Below are positions 12,478 through 25,956 of a stretch of 64,000 nucleotides of DNA, one piece after another. This DNA is from Podospora anserina (taxonomy: Eukaryota). A program made the translations under genes and the position numbers. The stretch is taken from assembly GCA_017654855.1 (NCBI GenBank), contig CM030336.1, positions 124,001 through 188,000 of the forward strand, written 5' to 3'. Each line of letters starts with the position of its first letter. Positions within the stretch are counted from its first letter, which is position 1. The notes under the pieces are model-generated. The model worked only from the letters and a program-made list of their open reading frames with translations, did not search any database and was not told the DNA's origin.

Positions 12478-14269
12478 TCAAATATGCAGAGCATCAATAT
12501 TCGCAGCAATGTACTGCTTGGCCCCCTCACGGAAATCATCCTTCAGATACCCGTTCCGGTTGTTGAAGAACTGAATGAGTCTTTTGTCCTTGGTGTTCCA
12601 CGTTGGCCAGTTCTCCTTCACCTTGCTCTTGGCGCTCGTGCCGCCCGACGCGTCGTTGGGGTTGAGGTTGTAGACAAAGTTGGCATAAAAGTTCTGGATG
12701 CTCTTGCTCGCGTAGTTGGGCAGGATGCCATAAAAGACCTGCAGCAAGTCGCTGCCGTGGAAAGTGCCCAGGATGGGGGTGCCCTCGTTGTAGCTGGCCA
12801 GGTAGGACCAGACGGGGACGTTGGGGTTGGCGGCGATGGCGTACTCGATGAACACACGGCGGGTGAGCGTGAAGACGATGTCGCCGAGGAGAGCAGCCAG
12901 GCGCTTGAAGCCGGGGTAGATCTCGTTGAAGAGGCCGGAACCAAAGGGTGAGCCGGCTGAGATCAGGGGCGAGTACTGGCTGACCAGGCCCTTGACCTGT
13001 TGCGCGGTGGCGCCGTGGAAGAAGTATCCCCTGAGGTAGTCTTCGAGGCGGCTGGTGGTGGTGACATTCTTCTGGAAAAGCGAGAAGAGGGTGCCCTCGT
13101 CTTCTTGGTCGCCGATGATCATGGGCACGGCGGCGTACTTGCCAGCCTTGACAAGACGGTCGGCGCTGTCGGTCAGAGCAACACCGTCAGGGCGAGGCAG
13201 GTAAGAAAGAGCCACCGAGCTGTAGGAGAGGATGGCCGGGACAGAGTTGGCGGCCTCGAGGAAAGTCTCGTAGGGCAAGTTGCGCAGGCAGTTGAGGGTG
13301 TCAGCAGCACCGCCGCAACCGGAACGGGCAACCACAGTGTCGTAGATCTCCTGGCCCTTGGGGCAGTCGACGGGGTCAGCAGGGACAATGCTGCCCGAGT
13401 TCATGATGGCACCGCGGAACAGGGGCTTGCCCTTGTAGTTGATGTTGCCGTCGTAGAGAGACATCTGGTTCCACACAGAAATGGCACCGGCCGACTCGCC
13501 CCAGATGGTGACCTTGTCTGGGTCACCGCCAAACGCAGCAATGTTGTCGGCGACCCACTCAAGACCCATGCGCTGGTCAAGATGGCCAAGGTTGGCAGAG
13601 CCGTCCTGGAGGACTTCCTTGCCGGGCATGAAGCCAAAGGCGCCCACACGATAGTTGACAGCAACAAACACGTAGGGCTTGCCGGCGGCCATGGCATTGG
13701 AGACAAGCGGGCCTCCGTCATACATGGAGCTCCATCCAAGCTGCATGAAATGTTAGTCAAATGTTCTGAGCTTTCCCACCTTATGGCTTTTTGCTTACCT
13801 CGAAACCACCACCGTAGATCCAAAACAGGACTGGCAACTTATCGCCGGCCTTGGTGCCAGCTGGGCGGATCACGTTGATGTTCAAGCAGTCCTCACTGAT
13901 CTTGAGTGCCTTTTGAAACAGGGCAGTGTTGACAACCGTGTCAATGATTTTGGCGAGCAGATCCTCCGAGTCGGTATCGGCCAAGAACTGAGGGCAGGCA
14001 GCGGCGATGCCGCCAGCGTCGTATGTGCCGAACGAAGCGGTGGTTCTGACGGGAGGCTTCAGGCGGAGAGGACCAACGGGGGCTTGGGCGAACGGAATGC
14101 CATTAAAGGCTTCCGTGTTGATGCGGCTGACACCGACAACATTGCCCTGAGCAATCGAGACAGTGGGCCTGGCTCTCTTCTCCAAAACCTGAGTGGGAGG
14201 CTCAGGGGGGGCAGTGAGGGCCTGGCCAACGAGGGCCGCGGCGGCGACGAGAGTGGCGACGCCCTTCAT
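12478..14269 (-). CDS. Secreted type-B carboxylesterase / lipase
   Basis: Signal peptide; SEDCLNINV, WIYGGGF, catalytic GESAG, GDQEDEG, GTFHGSD; intron 13741-13798. Confidence 0.95.
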
Positions 14270-17200
14270 GATGTTTGCCGGACAAGAAGAGGGAACAGGA
14301 AGGGGTGAGAGGAAGATGGATGAGATTCCCTGGCTGACGAGTCCTCATACCCAAGGAGGGCGGCGAGGGACGAGATCTATATAGCTCTTCTGCTATTCCA
14401 TCTTGTTCAACAGCCACGGAGTTTGTGTCCACCTGTAATCTCAACGACAAGAGCTTGTACCCGCCTTGCTGCACTCCACCATCGTGGGTCACCGTGGCAT
14501 GGCAGGGCTTCCCCAGAAAAAGCTCCCATGTACATACGCGGACATGGTCTCCACCAAGCCAGCTGACTGACTGGCATCAAGGAGATATGTACAGGATGGG
14601 CAAGCGGCCGCGGGCAGCATCGGGCGGACTGCCGTTGCGGTACCGCTCCGAGGCGCAGTGATCTGGTTTTGGGGTTTCACTCTGAGCGGCTCTGGGTTTC
14701 TATGTACAGTCCAGGAAACAAATGATTGTTAGGGCAAGACATGAAGTCCGGGGTCCTGCGCCAACAGCCATTGGAGGCTTGGGTGGTACCGCGAGATTCT
14801 GGGGGTTGGGTATGAAAACCTCCCACTCGCCCAGCCCTTGCCGTGGGGAATGGCAATGGCCGAGAACGCCAGTGGTCACCTGGCGGTCTGGCGGATGGTG
14901 GAAGGTGGTACTGAGAGTGTCTAGCGCTCCCTCTTACGCGCATCCAGTAGTTAATGAGTCGAAGAGAAAGCAGAGTGGAAAGGCGCAAGAAAGCAGTCGA
15001 CAAAAACACTGCGAAGCCGTCGTCAACCGTACTCCAACGGGCATGTGAAGAAGCTTTTGGTGCCTGACGCTAGAGGAGCCTCGGCTTGAGGGGATAGGTT
15101 GGACCGTTAGAAAGAAAGCTAATAAGTTGCGGTAAGTAGATCGTGTGCTGTAGATCTATTTCCTCGACTGGCCGGTACGCTAGAGGAAAGGCACTATCGA
15201 GGCACACTTCCCCGCAATCCGTACTCGCGCTCGCAACGGTCCTGCGTGAGGGGTAAAAGTGGCAGTCAACGCCTTGGAAAGAAAAAGATTTTGGAACGAC
15301 GGCCCTGAATCACCGGGGTGTGAGGTGGTCAAGCGAGGATATGGTGGTGAGGATCAGGGAAACTGTTGAGGAAAAGTGGATCTTTTGGATTCAAAGAACT
15401 GAGTGATTCTAAGGTAATTATTATTTTTACCGCCTCGAGCGTCAAGGTACCTTACCCACGAGGGCTATTCTATACAGCGCCTTGTGTGTACCCGCGACAG
15501 TGGAAGAGTCGGACAATGCAGTCGGTGCGAGATGTGCCAGCGCCCGGTCCCTGCTGCAACGTGGGAAGTTGGAAGGCACGGGACGGGAGTTGAGCTGAGG
15601 TTGACTTCGGACGGATCTGGGGAAGTTGTGCTCAGGGTGGGGTTGTCGAAGAGTTGGGGAAGATATTGCGGGGAAGCCGGCCCTCTTTTCCCAATCCGTT
15701 TGCGACAGCCGACGCCATTCAGGTCTGGGGAAGGCATTCGTCGCTCCGCCATCCATGAATAGCTCCTTGGCACTATGACGGCAGACCATCCGTAGTCTGT
15801 ACAATGGCCACTCGTGAGTTCAACGTTTGACAAGGGCTCAAGGAAAAAAGAACTCAGACTCGGGTATCCACCGACTGACACGATGTTGCAAAGCAGTCTG
15901 TTGGCCAATATAGCGACTCGTCCACGTCTCCACGATGGCAATCGGGAATTACAACACAAAAGCCCGAGACTCGGAAGGGCACAAGATGCCAGGGCCCACC
16001 ACCCGTACACAGTCGCCGATATCCCATGGAAGTCCACAGCATTAGAGCTAGACTGAGCTCGTACGATCTTCGAGTCTCGAGTCTCGGAGCATCCTCCACT
16101 CAATCACAATCCCGTCCTGGACTCTTCATGTTCCCCGATGACGAACACGAACCGCCCCTGCCACCGTCGTGCTGCCCTGCCTTCCAGGTTGTTGGAGAAA
16201 CCCAAGTGCGGGGGGGTGTATTAGTGCCTGGCCAAGCTCATCACAGTAGGAATCTCTTATTTGAATTCTCCGACGACGGGTGGCGCCGGTACCTAGTCAA
16301 CTCATCAACCTTCATCTCCAACTTTCAGATGTCAATCACATCAAGGTCAGGATGCTGCCGAGGTGCGAATGCCATCTCAAAGTAAACAAGGATTTCTTCT
16401 GGCAGTTAGGGTCGAGGGTTTGTATGTTTTTGATATCAAGCTGTGACTTGCCTTGCCTTACCCCGGAGCCCGGGACACCTAGAAGCAGCTCACACACTGA
16501 ACACGATTAGAGACAAGAAAACACCACCATCTACGTTGCCAAGAAGACTCTCGGTGCCATTCACAGGCCAAATCTACACCTCCCAAGAACTGGCTCCAGT
16601 GGAGACACCAGAACCAACAGATGGAGGGGAGGAGGTCACCGAAAGAAAAAGCTAATGCACCCCGCACCCGCCAGACTACGCTAAGGACGTTGTATAGGTA
16701 CATGTCTTCCCCAGATTTTCACAAGTGAGGTTGGCCGTGATTTTTATTAGCAACTAGGATGTCACCGTACTCGAGACTCAGGTACGTTTTGAGCATGTGA
16801 AAAGGCGCTCAACTGGGACAACCAGGTATCTAACTTGGAAAAGGCCCTGCCCTGACGATCTGTCGTCAGGCATCCGGCTACTTCCCTTTTCAGCAAGGAG
16901 TTGTTTTACCCCTGAACATCGGAATAAAGTAAGTACAAAGCTGGAAATGCTTGCGATGTTAGGGAGTCCATGGGATCTGGTCCGTTCCCACTTAGATATT
17001 CAGATCGAGATGCTTTTCTCCTGCCTTTCTTTGGGTACCTATAACACTGTTTCCAGGTCAGTTCCCAGTTCACCCTAAATCGCAAGTGATGCATGGTACG
17101 TAGATGGGAACCATTGACCAATGTTTGTCTCTTGAATCCAATACAATGCATTCGCCGGTAGCTTTTGATTCCATGAAGCGGAACGACTAGTGGCAGAAGG

Positions 17201-18437
17201 TATCATCTTTTCATCTGTTGTCGAAATAATTGTCATCATACCTAGGTAAAGCTCAAGCAGTCGCCCTGAAATACAGCTCTTTCCCATGTCCCCAGTATGG
17301 TAAAGCGTTCAGCTTGTTCATCAATGAAGGAATACTTTTCGGAACTGGCAGAATTGGATGTCTTCACACGCTAAAGTATCTTATCTTTCTGGACGTCTTC
17401 GCCCTTCGAGCGGACATTAAAAGAGTATCAATGACCTGTCAAGAATAGGTGCCCAGTTCAGCTACATGTACCTTTGTAGTGTTGTTCTATATCTGTACTC
17501 GAAGAAGGTAGTTAGCTTCCAGGAACGCTACCTCTTCAAAGTGTGTTGTCCTTGGCTCTTTCATGTCTGTCTTGGTTCAAGTATCATCTTATGATCTTGC
17601 TATTCGCCGAGCCTTCAGAATCGGCCGGTCAGCCCCAGCGAGTAGTGTTGAAAATCTTGGCAACCCGATTTGCTTTTTCAAGTTCACATTTGGCTCTGAT
17701 GGCTTGCTATGCTATAGCAGGTACTATGTACTAATAGGCATCGTCAGCTTCCTCTGCAGAACAACAAGAGATGGCCCATGCTCCACCGTTGCTTCTTCCG
17801 CCGAGATTGATGTCATTGCCGCTGCAGGATCCCATGAGGCTCGCAGGGATCTGCAACGGGCCGCAGCCGTGACAACTTCAGACGAATGAACCCTTGGTCT
17901 TAGCCACCCTTGTCAGACGGCATTCCACAGTGGGGACACTTTTCCTTTCCAATTCCTTCATGATAATGCGGCAGGAGAAAACAATCATGAGAGAAAACGC
18001 CGATGTCATGTCCAAAGAGAAAAGCTGTCATCAAGGCTGTGACAAAACCATTGCTGGCCCATCCATGGCCGACAGCTTGTACATAACAAGTGCAAGAGAT
18101 ATCTAATAAGCCTCCGTAATCCCAAATCCAGTAATGCTCCCAGTCAACGCCTGCCTACCATCATGCTTCATCATATCCACCGCGTATCAGGCGCGTTTAT
18201 GCCGTCGTCCAGGCTTCCAACCATTGCTATAAGAAAGCAAAGCGGGGTATCCGTGGGCACATGTAAAATACATCAAAAATCGAAAGAAAAAAAAACACCC
18301 CCTTGCTATTTACAGTCGACTCATTCCCTTTTCGTTTCATTTCAGCTCCGTCATCCCTTTCCTGTCATGTTCGAATGTGTTGTGATGATGCGGCGAAAAT
18401 CAGGCAGAGCAAAAGCAAAAAGCTAGGAAGATCAATC

Positions 18438-20061
18438 CTAGCAAACCTCCAAGGTTCCAACCGACCTCGCCGTCCGTCTCCTCTTAGCACTTGGACTGAG
18501 CACAGGTCGGTCGTCCGAGCTGGGAGGCTCCTCCTCAAAACTACTGTTCAACATTTCCTCAAGGGGTTGCCTTTCCTTATCACGACGCCGCTTGAGCTTG
18601 CGCTGGCTGATGATGTGAGCAAAAACAGGCAGTTGCTCGGGCGCAGGCTCGACGAGGGGGCCGTGAAGGTCGATGAACTCCGGGTTGTCAAATGGTGAAA
18701 CCCCTGAGATCTCTGACCCGAGGGCCTTGGCAAGACGTTCCTTGAGGCCGAGAATAGGCCACACCTTGACTGGCGTGTAGGTGATCTTCATACCGAGCCC
18801 GTCTTCACTGTCGACCAAAGGGGTCTTGTGAGGGGTCATGAACCTCTCCAAGAATGCCGCGGTGATGACGGCCGTATAGACAATGAAGTGGGGGTCGCTT
18901 TCTTGTCCCTCGTCGTGGGTGATGAGCTGGACCTTGATGTCACGGAACTGCGGCATGCGCAATCGAACACCCCTCTGGCTATCATGCGCCGAGCTGCTCG
19001 GCGTCATCCTACCACTGTAGGCGGGTATGCGGTAAAAGTGTGCTTGCGCCATAGCGAGAAGGGTGGCAACGATGTAGGGGTCATGGTCGATGTTGGCGGG
19101 GATCAAGAGCTTGGAGCGCAAGGCCTGCAGCCGTGCAACAGGCTCGTTGAATATGCCGTTGGGGCCAGAAGCAATGCGGAAGAGGTTCTTGCGAATGGCG
19201 GCAAGTTGCGACCGGTTGACATAAGCCAGAATAGGGAGGTTTGGCGCATACTCGGAGTCGGATCTCACGAGTGTGTGTGGATCCAGTGTAGCCATGGAGT
19301 CGAACGAGGCATCCCGGCTGGCAGCGCTCTTCCAGACACAGGGCAGACGAACCGCTTTTCGGAAGGCCTTCATGCCGAAGAAGAGGTCGAGTTCGGCCGA
19401 TGTCTTTGCCTTGGACAAGGTGTGAGGGAAGAGGGTCGACATGACATGCTTGATGGCGCGATTCTTGCAAAAGAGCTTGGTAGGCGACGGGTCGGCCTGG
19501 ACGAGCACCTGCAGCTCTGTCGTCAAGACGCGCGCCATGTGGGAGGGCTCAAGCCATCTGCCGTCGAGGTTCTCTGGGACAGGCTTCTCAATGGTGGGGC
19601 GCCTGTCGAACTGGACGCCAAGGAGTTCCGAGTGCCGGTCGGTCCAGCACATGGGCATGGCGTAGAGGGAAGTGCCTGCATTGTCGTGCATGATGTCGTA
19701 CAGAGAGCCTGGATCGGGACGTATGATGCGGGTGCCGGGCCGCGGACCACGGCGTGATGAACGGGCCTTGGGACTTGCCGGCTTCGGCTGGGACCTTGGT
19801 ATTGGTTCCGGGGCCGGAGGGGACACTGGGCGACTGTTGAGTTGAGGCGGGGTGGGTTCGGTGATGCGACGGGGCGAGGAGCCCGCGTCGCGTGAAGTTG
19901 TCGTCATGAGAGCAATGTTGCGCAGCTGACCCAGAAAGCTGCCGCTGAAGAGAGAGCTGTCGGAGGAGCAACGGGGTAACGCGTGTCAGTAGGGAGTGCC
20001 TATGGCGCTATGTCGGGAGGCGCTGCTGATATAGAATTTCGACTTACTCAATTGCGAGCAT
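18438..20061 (-). CDS. Hypothetical protein with basic NLS-like C-terminal segments
   Basis: 489-aa ORF with coding-like codon use; an upstream mini-exon ATGCTCGCAATTGA (20061-20048) splices in frame over intron 19957-20047 (GTAAGT...CTGAC...CAG). Confidence 0.75.
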
Positions 20062-20685
20062 GGAGCGGATCGGTGTTTGTGGTCGCCTTGAGGCTTACCA
20101 GGGGTGGCGGTGGGTGGATTCTATGGCAGCCCTGTTGACGCGATTTTCGTAACGGGGCCCCACAGGAAGACACACCTACACCCACAAAATGTACCGAATC
20201 CAAGGAAAGCGGTAAGGCGATGAGGTGACAGAAAATGGCAAACTGTCGTGTGTTGTTGTTGTTATCGTGATGCGACAGCAGCAGTGTGTCTTCTTTGTCC
20301 ACCAAGAGCTGGGCAGGACGGGAAAGGGCTGGGTTTAAGAAACGCGACCGGGTAGGGCACGGGGGGTGGGAGAAAACCCCCTCTTCATAATGAGAGCCCG
20401 CCCTGCCTGCTGCGGGCGTGGCGACCGCCCACACAATTTGCACTTCTGCAGCCAACAGGCTTGCATTGTGCCCCGATTGTGCCGGTTGCAGCGACACGCT
20501 AGTACACGGAATCCCGTGACATGGTCGCCCAATGCGGCTTAGCCCGGCAACCAGGCATCGACGTGTTCGATCGCAGCCCAGCCACGAGCCCGAAATCCTC
20601 AACGTTTTCGTCACCGTCGGGCCTTTGGGCTCTTGGTGTCTCAAGATTTGAGATCTCTTTCTCTTGTGTTCACCGCCAAGATGTG

Positions 20686-20712
20686 CAGAACACCCAGAAC
20701 ACCCAGAACACC
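20686..20712. repeat. Three tandem copies of the 9-mer CAGAACACC
   Basis: Direct reading; lies in the divergent intergenic region upstream of ARC18. Confidence 0.85.
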
Positions 20713-21320
20713 CGCAAAAAGAAAAGCAATCTCGGAGCACTCTATCTAGCTGAGTGTCACTTTCATCATGCGTGACCAAGGATGACCAAGGCCCGACAGG
20801 AAGGAGGGCACACAAAACCGCAAATGTTTGGCGTCATCAGATGAATTGCCAAGAAAGGGCCACTTTTCGTTTAACCGGGGTGTGCCGACCAATTAAGCCG
20901 GGCTTATCCCCACTCGCCGCCCCATTGCTCGCACAGCCGCTCGCAGGAAGTGGTGTGGCTGCCTGCGATGAGTCTTGGTGTGTCACGTGTGTAAGGTAAC
21001 CAAAGAAGTCTTGATGCCTGAAGCCACAATCTGATAAACTCACGAGCCACCTAGCCCGGGAGATGGTGAGCCACAGCGCCACATTTCAAACAGTCTCCAC
21101 TTTCGACGTCAAGGTTCCAGGTTGACCATGTGCCAGATCCCCCAGCAACAGCCTGGCGAAGCACCAAAGTCGACCCCGCAAGGCTGCGACCGTTGATTGA
21201 TTGACCTAAGCTGCGTAAGCCGAGTTGGCACTGAAGCTCCAAGCTCCCTGACGAGAACCGCATTCGCATTCCATCACACATCAAAACAAGCTGCTCTGTT
21301 GAGAGCGCAAGGCCGTCAAG

Positions 21321-22110
21321 ATGCCAGTACGCAAACTGCCATTCCCAAATCCAATTCACTTCGAGCCCCTATCTCCGAGCTGGCTTCGTCCCACCGCCTT
21401 CACCCCCTATTTCCCAAGCTCTACCTTTGCCAGCCAGCTCGCTAACATGTCTCCCACCGCCACCACCAGGCCTACAACTCCATGTTCAACACCGACCCCA
21501 ACCCGCCCCGTTTAATAGGCAACTTCCCCCTCCTCCCCCTCCGAACCAAGATCCGCGGCCCCGTCTACCCGCTCCCTTTCCCCGAGCCGGCCCTCCCCGA
21601 GAATGAGTCCCCCGACCAGGACTCAGAGTCCTACGACATCCTCGACGAGGTCCTCGCTCTCTTCCGCGCCAACACCTTCTTCCGCAACTTTGAGATCCAG
21701 GGCCATGCCGACCGGCTGCTAATCTATGGCATTTGGTTCGTCTCGGACTGCCTGGGCAAGATCAAGCCGACGGCGTCGAGGAGGGAGGCGACCAAGGAGG
21801 TGAACAACTTGGCGTTGGATACCAACTTTGCCATTCCGGGCGACCCGAGCTGGCCGTTGAGACAGGTACACTCCATTCCCTCAATGTTGCTGTGTTGAGT
21901 TGAAGGATAAGCTGACTGGATGTTGGAAACCAGATGTACGAGCCTCCCCGTGACAGACAAGACGCCGAGGTCCTTAGGCAGTACATGATGCAAGTCCGAC
22001 AAGAGCTGGCGGAGCGGTTGTTGGCGAGGGTCTATGCCGATGATGAGACACGGCCGAGCAAGTGGTGGCTGAGCTTCACCAAGAGGAAGTTCATGGGCAA
22101 GGGTCTTTAA
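21321..22110 (+). CDS. ARC18: Arp2/3 complex subunit 3 (p21-Arc)
   Basis: MP|AYNSMF...LLPLRTKIRGP, LFRANTFFRNFEI, PSKWWLSFTKRKFMGKGL*; introns 21327-21469 and 21866-21933. Confidence 0.96.
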
Positions 22111-22321
22111 GCGTGTTTGTTTTCTTTGACAAGACATATAACAATGTACTACAGTGATTCAAGGTGGTGAGCGGGCGCAGCACAAAATTACTTTTTAATT
22201 CTGCAAATGGTATCTATCCGACGCCAGAATGCAACCCATCCAATTTTTGCTGTGTCGAGGGCCTGGGTATCTGAGATTATAAACCCCCTCTTGAGTGATT
22301 TTCCGTGTTGCTTAACCACGA

Positions 22322-24461
22322 TTATACCTCCTCCACCTTCGCCTCACCGTCAACCTTCCGTTTCTTGGTCGGTGACGCGACATCACCTGTCGCAGCATTC
22401 TCGGGAGCCGGAGTCCCCTCCGTATCCAGAGGCGGTAAGGTGTCGGCTCTCTTCCGCTTCCCAGCCGTAGCACTATCCTCCTCCTCGCCCGTCGCTGGTG
22501 TTTCAACTGGCGTGCCCTCCCCGTCTATCTTGGCAGCCTTTTTGGTACTGCTGGGTTGAATCTTCTTGAACTTTCCTCTGGCCTCCACTCTGCCCTCGGC
22601 TGGCTTTGCCCTCCACGCAGTAAAGACATACCCGTCGGCTCCTCCACGCTCCGTCATAAGGGGATGTGTTCTCATGGGCAACACCTGCCATCTTCTGGCG
22701 CGGCTGGTCTGTATGCTCACGCCCTGAAGTAAGGTAGGATTCAACGGGAACTGCTCGTTCCCTTCCCAGCGCTCCAGTTCCTCCAGGCTCTTCCCTACCG
22801 TCTCGGGCACGTTCCCGCTTGTCCAGGCGGTGCGCCGGGGGACGCTGAAGCAGTCAGCCAACGCAGCCAATGGCTCAATGGAGGGCGAGTAGATGGCAAC
22901 AGGGGCTCCCCCTGCCAACAGTGGAAGGGTGTGCTTGAGAATGGAGATGGGGTCCATGGACGAGGCGCAAACTAGACCTGAGAAGTTACCGGCACGCGTT
23001 GAGTCGACAATGTACCGAGTGCGCGCAAACCGACGGCGCTTCCGGTGAAAGTTACCCCGACGGCTAGGCTTCCATGAAGCCAGCTCCTCTGCCGACGCTG
23101 TCGGTGGTTCGGTAGAATATGAGGTGTCAAGCTCAGGCTTGAGGAGTTGTAACCAGGTGAGGTTGAGGAGGTGGTTGAGAAGAGGGTGGGGTGGGTGATT
23201 TGGTGCTGTGATGTCAAAGTTCCAGTAATTGAGGAGCGAGAGGTTTGGCTGGCTGGTGCTGTGAATGACCGTGAGGGTATTGGTTTGGGAGAACGGAATG
23301 GCAAAGTCGGACCCCCTGGGCCTAACCTTTTGCTTCTTGTTGGTTGTTGTCATCTTGGGCCTTTCAGGTACTGTCGTTTCCGGCACCACATCTACCATGT
23401 CAACATCCCCATTTTCCTGCGCGGTTCCATTCTGAGTCTGGGCGTCTGTCTTGACCTCCTGCTTGGCCTCTCTTGCCGGTGCCTGTTCAGTCACAGTCGC
23501 GTCTTCGCCCTCCTCCTCCTTTGGGTATAGCACCCCCATTCTCTCAGCCATGGCTGCCACCAACATGCCGCAGGTATCGTCAACCACTAGCCACCTGCCC
23601 TTGAGCTCATCTGGTTGAATTGGAACGCACGTCTCCTCGCCCTGGTCGGTCCGAGAGTGGGGGTCGTCAATCATGCTGTCCTCGCCGCCGTAGTGCACAT
23701 TTCCCCAGCATCCGACAAGCCCAAACATTTCGGCGCGCATGTCCATGATCTTGCTAGCATCCTTCTCCTCCAACTGCCATTGCGCAAAAGTAGCGACGTC
23801 GATGGGGACGACCTGAAAGCGGCGGATGTACTTCTTCGTCTTGAGTAGCTTGTACTTGGCCAAACTGAACGTCGTCTTCTGGTCGAGGGCTGTATGAGAT
23901 AACATCAGCTTGGCGATTACATCCTTGCCGGCATTGTTTCCCTCCCGCTTGAGCTCCTCGATCTCGTCGTGTGTCAACTTTTGGATGGCGCTGTCGTCGA
24001 TAACTTCGCGGCCGGATCGAGCAACGATATTACCCTGCTCGTCCACCAAACTGAACTCTTCGCCCTCGGTCGCGGTCAGCACGGCATTGGCATCTCGGTC
24101 TGCCGCAGTGGTCTTCCCTTCGGCCTCGTCCTCTTCGGCGATGACCTCGGCGTGGAGCTCGCTGGCGGGAACGATTCGAAGACGAGAAAAAGCCTCTTCG
24201 GGAGTCTTGTCTAATACTTCGAAGGTGAGATGATACGGGCGACCGAGAACAAGGTTTGCGGGAAATGCGCCATATTTTCCTAGGGAGATCGTCCTGTTGA
24301 TTCAATGTCAACAATGGCCCATGGCTTGAGTGACCAGCCGTCGCAAAGGGATGGGAAGGCGAGGGAAGAACCTACGTATCTGGAACGATTTGGATGATCT
24401 TTGTTGACCCTGAGGGAAGCTTGAGGCCAACCCAGGCATTGGGGCGGATGAGGGAATGCAT
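22322..24461 (-). CDS. GCD10: tRNA m1A58 methyltransferase non-catalytic subunit
   Basis: N-terminus LKLPSG...ISLGKYGAF; QKLTHDEIEELK, KTTFSLAKY, WQVLPMRTHPLM; intron 24294-24375. Confidence 0.92.
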
Positions 24462-24902
24462 GCTGTACACAGTCTCAACACGGTGAAGCTGTATTGACAA
24501 AGGTCAGATGCAACGGCATGGATGCATCAATTGCGACTCCCGTGGAGAGGCCCAGAAAAAATTTCCACCAGGGGCTGCAACCTCAGCACAATGCGGGGCG
24601 CTTTTGGCGGGGTTGGGGGACCTGGGGAGCAGGTACCTTGACGGCCACTGATAAGAAGCCTGGAAGCTTATCGCTTTCACTGAACAACTGCCCGGAATAG
24701 CACGTATACTGAGAGGTAAAATCAATGACAATCTATGCATTAGTTTAATAACCAAACCCACCAGTCTACTCCAACTACTGTTTCTTGTTTCATCCACAGT
24801 CCTGTCCTTCCCGCATCTTCCGTCACCAGGCAGCCCACGTACAACATCACATCATCCTGTCTTGAACCATTCAACTTCGGCCCTGTGTCTCCATTGACAA
24901 GC

Positions 24903-25956
24903 TCAACCAACAACAAAAGCCCCAACAACACCCAGGCCCATGGCCAACACCAACTTCGACGTCTTTCTTTGCCAGGCCTCAGAGCTAGCCTCTTCATTGA
25001 CTGTCTGCTTGGCCTGGACACAGCTCAACGATCCCGAACTGTCATGAACCTCGCCGCTCTCCGCAAAGTGCGTCCAAGTCATCAGCACCGGCCAGATCAT
25101 GTGCTCAGCCTCCCGAATCGACGAGCTATTCCCCTTCTCTGTTGGGCTCGACCCAGCCGCGAAAAACAATGAGCTCCTATCCGCAGCCAGCGGGTTCACG
25201 CCGTTCTCATTCTTGCTAATCGGCGTAATCTCTACCATCCGTTGTCAGCTCAGCCCCTCGCAATAGAAGAACAAAATACTGACCATAACCCGTCCCAACA
25301 GGACTATCGCCCTCCACCCCCACCAACCTGAAATACCCCTGACAAACCTCGGGCACACTCACATCACTACAACCTCCTTCCTTCCCCCCGTTCCCCGCCA
25401 ACCCATTCACCTGTAACTGATTGATGCAATCACTCGGCAGCATCTGCTCACACCCCCCATCACCACCATCTTTCAGAATCTGACTCGTATTCCCCGTCCC
25501 CTGAACCAACCCGCCCGTGAACACCATGGCGCAAACCCTCCAGGTGCTGGCATTAAACCCCGGAACTAGCCCCTCGTCAGGCGGGATGATTTTGAGCGTC
25601 GTGGTCGTCATGAACTGCTTCTTTTTGTCGGATAGGGTAGACGCCACACCGGAAAGGGAAACATCAGGGGTGATTCCTATCTCCAACGCCCAGCCTTGCA
25701 CCCGGGAGGCGGTGCCGTCTGCTGCCCCGGCGGGGATGGAGAGGTTGTACCCCGTGATGGGAAAAGAGGCGTTGGAGATGGAGTTGAATCCCCTGATGGT
25801 CTCGAGAAAGGGAGCAGCCGGGAGACCATAGGGGGCAGAAGACAAGGGAGAGGTGCCGCCGACAAAAGACTGGGCAAAGGAGGAGCGGGGCAGGAGCAGC
25901 ATGAGGAGGGAGAGCGGGATCGAGTAAGAGGACATGGCGATGATGTGCGGTTCCAA
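24903..25956 (-). CDS. Putative secreted / GPI-anchored protein of unknown function
   Basis: N-terminal signal peptide, Cys-containing core, intron 25232-25283, hydrophobic C-terminus LVLAMGLGVVGAFVVG*; true start may be a downstream Met. Confidence 0.75.
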
